This document shows positions 22,801-28,392 of a stretch of 28,392 bases of DNA, in pieces. The position numbers were made by a program, and so were the translations under genes. Under the pieces are notes generated by a model, which had not been told where the DNA came from, did not search any database, and saw only the letters and a list, made by a program, of their open reading frames with translations. This DNA is from Tubiluchus corallicola (lineage: Eukaryota > Animalia > Priapulida), in the NCBI GenBank assembly GCA_030141605.1, contig JAQGDQ010001708.1, positions 1 to 28,392 of the forward strand, given 5' to 3'. Within the stretch, counting starts at the first letter, position 1. Every line of letters begins with the position of its first letter.

Positions 22801-25726
22801 TAAGTTTATTTATTTCCACTCTGTATCTAACAGTTATAATAAAAATACAGATAATTTCACTGAAGTAAATATAAATATAAATGCAATATTATCCAGAAAT
22901 TGCAAGAGATTCTTATGCAGCATATACATGTACAAATTACATTACAGAGTAATTTTGATGCATACAGTTTGAGCTTAAAAGCATAGCTTGACAGGCCAAA
23001 CTGTACATGGAAATCTTAAAGAAAGTTACTTCATACAGATATCATCACATCTTTCTCTTGTGCAAAATTTAGGACGATTTTAGTTGGCACCCGACTAACT
23101 TTAGTCGTAAGTGTGCCAATAGCGGTCGGTCTCTCATATCGTTGTGCATTCTTTCTTTCAGAGGTCCGAAGGGGGTTTGGACCTTGGAGGAAAAGGGGTT
23201 GAGGCCGGAGGTAAACGTGACGTTCGACGGAGCACGCCCGACGTTCACGCACATGGCGCTCGTCGGTCTGGAGCGAGCCGGATTCATCCACTACGTCATC
23301 AGTCAGAACATCGACGGGCTCCACCTGCGCTCCGGTTTCCCGCGGAACCGGCTGAGTGAGCTGCACGGGAACATGTTCGTGGAGCAGTGCCGCACTTGCG
23401 ACAAGTACGTGGAGAATGTTGTTTAGACCTTGAAAGAGAGAAAGAGGAAGGAGAAGAGGAAAGAACAGAGAAAGACGAAGGTCGAAAAAGAGGGTAGAGG
23501 AGGAAAAAAGATGGGGAAAAGGTGAAAGGTTTTAGGAAAATTTAGCTTAATAAAGTTCTAAAAAGAAATAGAGAGAGAAGGACAGAAGAGAGAGAAAAGA
23601 AAGCGAGGAGGAGGAAAAGAGAGGCAGAGTAAAGGAGGGACGAAAGAGTGAAGCGGAGGAAAGGTGAGCAGAAATTGGAGAGGGCGAGTGAGCGACCGTA
23701 GGGAAATTTAACTTATTAACTTACTAATAATAATAAACGGAAATTTTGTTTTGGTAAAATCCCCGGTTAAGGGAAGGTGTCATGTTTTTTCGAAAACCAT
23801 TTCCTGTTTGCTCAAGCGTAAATCTCGAGGTAATCTTAGTTAATGTTTGTCATTGTTGTCTCTTTGGTTGTTAAACATGCTGTTTTGTCAAGTTGGCCAT
23901 TTTTGCAGGCAGTTTGTGCGTTCGGCGGCCGTGAAAACCTTGGGTCTGAAACCGACCGGAAATAAGTGCGGAGATAAGAAGAGAAACGGACGCATTTGCA
24001 GGTACGCATTGTTTGATTTACCTGCATTGTTTCATTTACCTGTGGAAATTACGTAAAGAATAAACGAAGTTTTATTTACTGACTTAACAGCAGACTAAAC
24101 TATGAACTAAGTGTTTTTGCAGTTTTTTTGTAAAATTGCTATTTCAAATAAACACTGCTACCCGATAAAGTTCTGCATTCCTGGGGCATATCTTTGCTTA
24201 AAGGAAAGAAGAAGTCATTCTGCATGTTGAGTTTATTTTACTGTTATCACTTAAACTGTTTGTGGTGTGCTAAAGGAAAGAACAAGTCATTCTGCATGTT
24301 GAGTTTATTTTACTGTTATCACTTAAACTGTTTGTGGTGTGCTAAAGGAAAGAACAAGTCATTCAGTATGCTGAGTTTATTTTACTGTTATCGCTTAAAC
24401 TGTTTGTGGTGTGCTAAAGGAAAGAACAAGTCACTCAGCATGTTAGGTTGATTTTACTGTTTTCACTTAAACTGTTTGTGGTGTGCAAAAGGAAAGAACA
24501 AGTCACTCAGTATATTGGGTTTATTTTACTGTTATCACTTAAACTGTTTGTGGTGTGCTAAAGGGAAGAACAAGTCACTCAGTATGCTGAGTTTATTTTA
24601 CTGTTATCACTTAAACTGTTTGTGGTGTGATAAAGGAAAGAACAAGTCATTCAGTATGCTGAGTTTATTTTACTGTTATCACTTAAACTGTTTGTGGTGT
24701 GCTAAAAGAAAGGACAAGTCACTCAGCATGTTGGGTTGATGTTACTGTTATCACTTAAACTGTTTGTGGTGTGCAAAAGGAAAGAACAAGTCACTCAGTA
24801 TGTTGGGTTGATTTTACTGTTTTCACTTAAACTGTTTGTGGTGTGCAAAAGGAAAGAACAAGTCACTCAGTATATTGGGTTTATTTTACTGTTATCACTT
24901 AAACTGTTTGTGGTGTGCTAAAGGGAAGAACAAGTCACTCAGTATGCTGAGTTTATTTTACTGTTATCACTTAAACTGTTTGTGGTGTGCTAAAGGAAAG
25001 AACAAGTCACTCAGTATGCTGAGTTTATTTTGCTGTTATCACTTAAACTGTTTGTGGTGTGATAAAGTTCTGCATTCCTGGGGCTTATATTTGCTTAAAT
25101 GTGTATCTCAGCTCAGATGTGTTAGTTTGTGACACATTGCACACATGCGACATCTCATGCATGAGTACAGCGGTAAATTTGAAATTTGGATTTTTATCTT
25201 AAAACTTGCCTAGTTTTACTACAACACACTGAATCTCTTACAGTAACGCTGTACTTCAATTTTCACTTTTGCAAATATGTACAACACGCTCGTGGAATAT
25301 TTTTGCTGTTGAAAATTATGTTAGTTTGTGATGTCATCGATAGTTACGCTCGTCCCTCATTAATTAAGATTTTAATCTATTTTTTAATTATCAGAAATAC
25401 TTTTCCAGTATTACTGTTGTTGAAATGTATAATTTTTTACTGTGCTTGAAACTGCGGTAAATATATGAAAAATCGTCCTGTCTTCGTTTAAAAGGAAAAT
25501 CTTTAATGTACCACTTGTAATTTACTTTGTGCAGAGGAAATCTTCATGATACTATCCTGGACTGGGAGGATTCCCTACCGGGAAAAGATCTGGAATTAGC
25601 TGATGCTCACTCACGGTATGCTGCTCCCGTTCATTTATATTTGTTACGATGATGATGATGACGATGATGATGGTGATGTGATGATGTTGATGATGATGAT
25701 GGTGATGACGATGGTGATGATGATGT

Positions 25727-25761
<35 letters not shown>

Positions 25762-25771
25762 ATGATGGTGG

Positions 25772-25802
<31 letters not shown>

Positions 25803-25859
25803 AATGATGATGATAGTAATTTCGTTTTGGACATAGTCCAGGGATAACAGCTTATAGTA

Positions 25860-25890
<31 letters not shown>

Positions 25891-27056
25891 TGCAAATGAT
25901 AATAATAATAATAATAATGACAATAATAATAATTTTGTTTTGGACATAGTCCAGGGATAACAGTTAAGGTATTCAATACTTACTTCTAAAAATGTACCGA
26001 TTATTATTATCCTCGCGTTACCACTTTTTATCGCAGAACCAACCGTACCATTTTTTAACTCTTTGGTATGATTCGGTCGAGGTTTGAACTCACGACCTCC
26101 CGGGTGGGAAATGGGCATGCTAGCATTAGACCTAAGAGAGCTCAAACTAAAACAACGTTAATAATATCAGCTATACCTCCGGAAGGTTTATGTTAATGTT
26201 TCTTTAGCTTGAGCTCTTTCGGGTCTTTTTGTCACGTGCGCGCCACCGACAAATAGGTGCTGTACCGTGATAAGCAAGATCACGAACTGCAGTGTTCGTT
26301 TGTGACATCAGTGTGACGTAGAGCTCATTTTTGTGACATCACATCAGCATCACATCGCTTACTCAAACGTGCTTGACATGCAGGGAAGATGCTTGCCCTT
26401 GCACGAACTGTGGTTAGTTTGTGACATAAGTGATAGCCGCGTTTGGTAGCTAGTAATTAACTTTCCAAAGGTAATTATTCAAATATAAGAAATAACTGCT
26501 AACTTTTATCGACAGGAAAATGTATAATTTGGACAGTAAAATGAGCTTGAGTCTAAATAATCGACCGCTTCTCCTTTAAATGAAAAATAGAATGACAGTA
26601 GCCACTAGTTGTTAATGCCTATGAAGTGATACATTACCATTGACACATGTATTCATACATTGTGAACGTTGTTGTCAAAGGTTAACACATTTCTAGTACT
26701 CTTCTCAACCCACGCAATGTTCGGCAAAGCTGCTGGGAATGCAAAAGATCTGGGTTCGAATCCTCTTTGAGATTGAAATTTTTCTCTACGTTAAATTTAT
26801 TTGCTCTTGCACGCTTGACGAGTTAACTGACGTTTGTTACAGGAACGCAGATGTGAGTATTTGCCTGGGTTCATTTACCAGATGGTGATGATGATGATGG
26901 TGGTGATGATGATGATGATGATGATGTTGATGATCATGATTATGGTGATGATGATGATGGTGGTGATGATGATGATGTTGAAGATGATGTTGATGTTGTT
27001 GATGATGATGATGATGATGATGTTGTTGTTGTTGTTGTTGGACTTTAAAAAGTCTA

Positions 27057-27145
<89 letters not shown>

Positions 27146-27331
27146 GATGTTGAAGATGATGTTGATGTTGTTGTTGTTGATGATGATGATGATGACATTT
27201 GTTACAGGAACGCAGATCTGAGTATTTGCCTGGGTTCGACGCTTCAAATCGTTCCCAGCGGAAATCTGCCTCTCGCGACGAAGAAAAATGGCGGAAAAAT
27301 CGCGATAGTGAATCTCCAGCCAACGAAACAC
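19736..27331 (+). CDS. SIRT6: NAD-dependent deacylase sirtuin-6, spliced and 3'-incomplete: join(19736..19801,20228..20355,23162..23404,23909..24001,25535..25615,27208..27331)
   Basis: Six GT-AG-bounded exons (66+128+243+93+81+124 = 735 nt) splice in frame. The product has the SIRT6 N-terminus [35 protein letters not shown], catalytic ELHGN, four Zn-binding Cys (CRTC, GNKC, RIC), ILDWED, LGSTLQI and VNLQPTKH. No stop codon is reached within the window. Confidence 0.96.
19923..20010 (+). mobile_element. Kolobok-like element, left-end fragment in a SIRT6 intron
   Basis: TTAA|AGGAAAACCGGATGATTGTGTAAACACGAGTTCAGAATAAAGAATGCTCTAAAAT is identical to the sequence at 10771. Confidence 0.7.
20228..20355 (+). 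CDS. SIRT6: SIRT6 coding exon 2 (ILESPD...[14 protein letters not shown])
   Basis: Acceptor TTTGTTACAG, donor GTATGT at 20356, NAD-binding GAGxS motif. Confidence 0.95.
20436..21717. repeat. 39-bp GC-rich minisatellite x~33 in the SIRT6 intron after coding exon 2
   Basis: Unit GTGTGCGGTCAGTATAGCTGTCGAGGTGTGCCGACCACC, with one 1-nt deletion near 21030. Confidence 0.97.
22691..22740 (+). ncRNA. Minimal type I hammerhead ribozyme motif (Penelope-like-element class)
   Basis: CCA-CTGATGA-T-[GACAG CAGTAGC CTGTC]-GAAA-CG-TT-TGG. Both core strands are present, with a 5-bp stem II, a palindromic loopless stem III (ACGT) and stem I CCA/TGG extendable by ATC/GAT. Confidence 0.7.
23162..23404 (+). CDS. 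SIRT6: SIRT6 coding exon 3 (GPKGVWT...SQNIDGLH...[15 protein letters not shown])
   Basis: Acceptor CTTTCTTTCAG, donor GTACGT at 23405, catalytic His. Confidence 0.95.
23432..23690. repeat. Purine (GA)-rich low-complexity tract
   Basis: Direct inspection. Confidence 0.8.
23909..24001 (+). CDS. SIRT6: SIRT6 coding exon 4 ([20 protein letters not shown]...GRIC)
   Basis: Acceptor TTTTGCAG, donor GTACGC at 24002, phase-compatible with both neighbours. Confidence 0.93.
24197..25066. repeat. 72-bp minisatellite x~12 in a SIRT6 intron
   Basis: Unit AAAGGAAAGAACAAGTCAYTCAGYATGYTGRGTTTATTTTACTGTTATCACTTAAACTGTTTGTGGTGTGCT. Confidence 0.97.
25535..25615 (+). CDS. SIRT6: SIRT6 coding exon 5 ([26 protein letters not shown])
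   Basis: Acceptor TTTGTGCAG, donor GTATGC at 25616, ILDWED motif. Too short for the ORF track. Confidence 0.93.
25648..25933. repeat. (GAT)n followed by (AAT)n microsatellites
   Basis: Direct inspection. Confidence 0.95.
26010..26140 (-). mobile_element. tRNA-derived SINE fragment with Meta/MESC-like core
   Basis: Minus strand reads degenerate A box TAGGTCTAATGC, B box GAGTTCAAACC, then ATCATACCAAAGAGTTAAAAAATGGTAC, which resembles the conserved Meta-SINE domain as I recall it. Confidence 0.62.
26235..26575 (+). mobile_element. Kolobok-like element, body plus right end
   Basis: Body is homologous to 10950-11160. Ends ...CTTCTCCT|TTAA, and the last 34 nt match the reverse complement of the 10771 terminus at 24/34. 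Confidence 0.62.
26881..27195. repeat. (GAT/GTT)n compound microsatellite
   Basis: Two tracts separated by GGACTTTAAAAAGTCT. Confidence 0.95.
27208..27331 (+). CDS. SIRT6: SIRT6 coding exon 6 ([21 protein letters not shown]...VNLQPTKH)
   Basis: Acceptor TTTGTTACAG, donor GTAAGT at 27332. Confidence 0.94.
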
Positions 27332-27430
27332 GTAAGTAGCCAAGTTTCTTAGTGCAGCGAATGCAAATCCGATGTGTAACTGTGTGGGCGTGTAACATAA
27401 TATCAGTAATCATAGTGTAAGCTTAGATAT

Positions 27431-27498
27431 GAAAGTTGAACTGTGCCGAGCCTGTGTACATAATGGATGGGTGACTGCCTGGAATGTTGTCTGCTGCA
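27431..27498 (+). pseudogene. 5S rRNA-derived fragment (pseudogene or SINE remnant)
   Basis: AAGTTGAACTGTGCCGAGCCTGTGTACATAATGGATGGGTGACTGCCTGGAAT...TGCTGC aligns to the 3' half of metazoan 5S rRNA (box A to box C TGGATGGGAGACCGCCTGGGAAT), followed by a T-rich tract. Confidence 0.62.
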
Positions 27499-27696
27499 AT
27501 ATTTCTTTTTTCCTTTTTCTGTTTGTAAGTGAAAAACGTATCTGTATTCGTATGTAGCTAAAACATCTCCACTGGTATCAGCAATTTTATTGAATTATTG
27601 AACTATTCATCGTTGTTCTTTAATAGTGAACTAGTCTCCAGTACTGCCACAAATATCTATCTTAAGCATACCTGTCACTGATTGCTAGATCTCTTC

Positions 27697-28392
27697 TTAA
27701 CATCTAAGGTTGGGCAGTCAATGTATTATGTGTTATGTCTGTAGTTATCAGTTTAACATCTAAGGTTGAGCAGTCAATGTATTATGTGTTATGTCTGTAG
27801 TTATCACTTTAACATCTATGGTTGGGTAGTCACTGTATTATGTGTTATGTCTGTAGTTATCACTTTAACATCTAAGATTGGGCAGTCACTGTATTATGTG
27901 TCATGTCTGTAGTTATCAGTTTAACATCTAAGGTTGGGTAGTCAATGTATTATGTGTTATGTCTGTAGTTATCACTTTAACATCTAAGGTTGGGTAGTCA
28001 ATGTATTATGTGTTATGTCTGTAGTTATCAGTTTAACATCTAAGGTTGGGTAGTCAATGTATTATGTGTTATGTCTGTAGTTATCACTTTAACATCTAAG
28101 GTTGAGCAGTCAATGTATTATGTGTTATGTCTGTAGTTATCACTTTAACATCTAAGGTTGAGCAGTCACTGTATTATGTGTCATGTCTGTAGTTATCAGT
28201 TTAACATCTAAGGTTGGGTAGTCAATGTATTATGTGTTATGTCTGTAGTTATCACTTTAACATCTAAGGTTGAGCAGTCACTGTATTATGTGTCATGTCT
28301 GTAGTTATCAGTTTAACATCTAAGGTTGAGCAGTCAATGTATTATGTGTTATGTCTGTAGTTATCACTTTAACATCTAAGGTTGAGCAGTCA
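27697..28392. repeat. 56-bp minisatellite x>12, running off the window end
   Basis: Unit TTAACATCTAAGGTTGRGYAGTCAMTGTATTATGTGTYATGTCTGTAGTTATCAST. Confidence 0.97.

Noticed and set aside
25839-25963. AGGGATAACAG resembling the I-SceI site or a conserved large-subunit rRNA motif
   Set aside because: Only 11 nt match; flanks do not extend the similarity.
26730-26785. Second tRNA gene (GGTTCGAATCC B box)
   Set aside because: No A box or cloverleaf; at most a decayed SINE head. The GTTCGAAT near 1122 was rejected for the same reason.
26834-27352. 172-aa poly-M/poly-D ORF ending in sirtuin sequence
   Set aside because: Only 27208-27331 is a true exon; the upstream part is intronic microsatellite that happens to be in frame.
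20436-28392. CRISPR-like arrays (39-, 72- and 56-bp units)
   Set aside because: Head-to-tail repeats with no unique spacers, no cas genes and a eukaryotic intronic context.

Overview
Eukaryotic, most likely invertebrate animal (protostome-like), genomic DNA that is AT-rich and dense in repeats. It holds three genes on the + strand. (1) An intronless class A aminergic GPCR (ATG 4830 to TAA 6437, 535 aa) with alpha-adrenergic-like octopamine receptor (OAMB/Oct-alpha1R) signatures. (2) An intact tRNA-Ala(AGC) at 9677-9749. (3) The first six coding exons of SIRT6 (19736-27331, 245 codons; the 3' end lies beyond the window). The rest is microsatellites, minisatellites (21-160 bp units), non-autonomous DNA transposons (hAT, pogo/Tigger, Harbinger-like, Kolobok-like, a foldback element), a tRNA-derived SINE and a 5S-derived fragment. 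Most ORFs in the supplied track are repeat artefacts. The most notable unexplained signals are: a minimal hammerhead ribozyme in a Penelope-pLTR-like context on the sense strand of a SIRT6 intron; a duplicated SIRT6 splice acceptor whose single substitution creates a 10-nt candidate poison microexon; a recurring pattern of repeat tracts bracketed by 34-45 bp direct duplications; a TIR-bounded 1.5-kb element enclosing a promoter-like region and splice donor that may be the SIRT6 first exon; and a duplicated GPCR start region that forms a uORF paralogous to the receptor's N-terminus. All calls were made by eye; no database searches were run.
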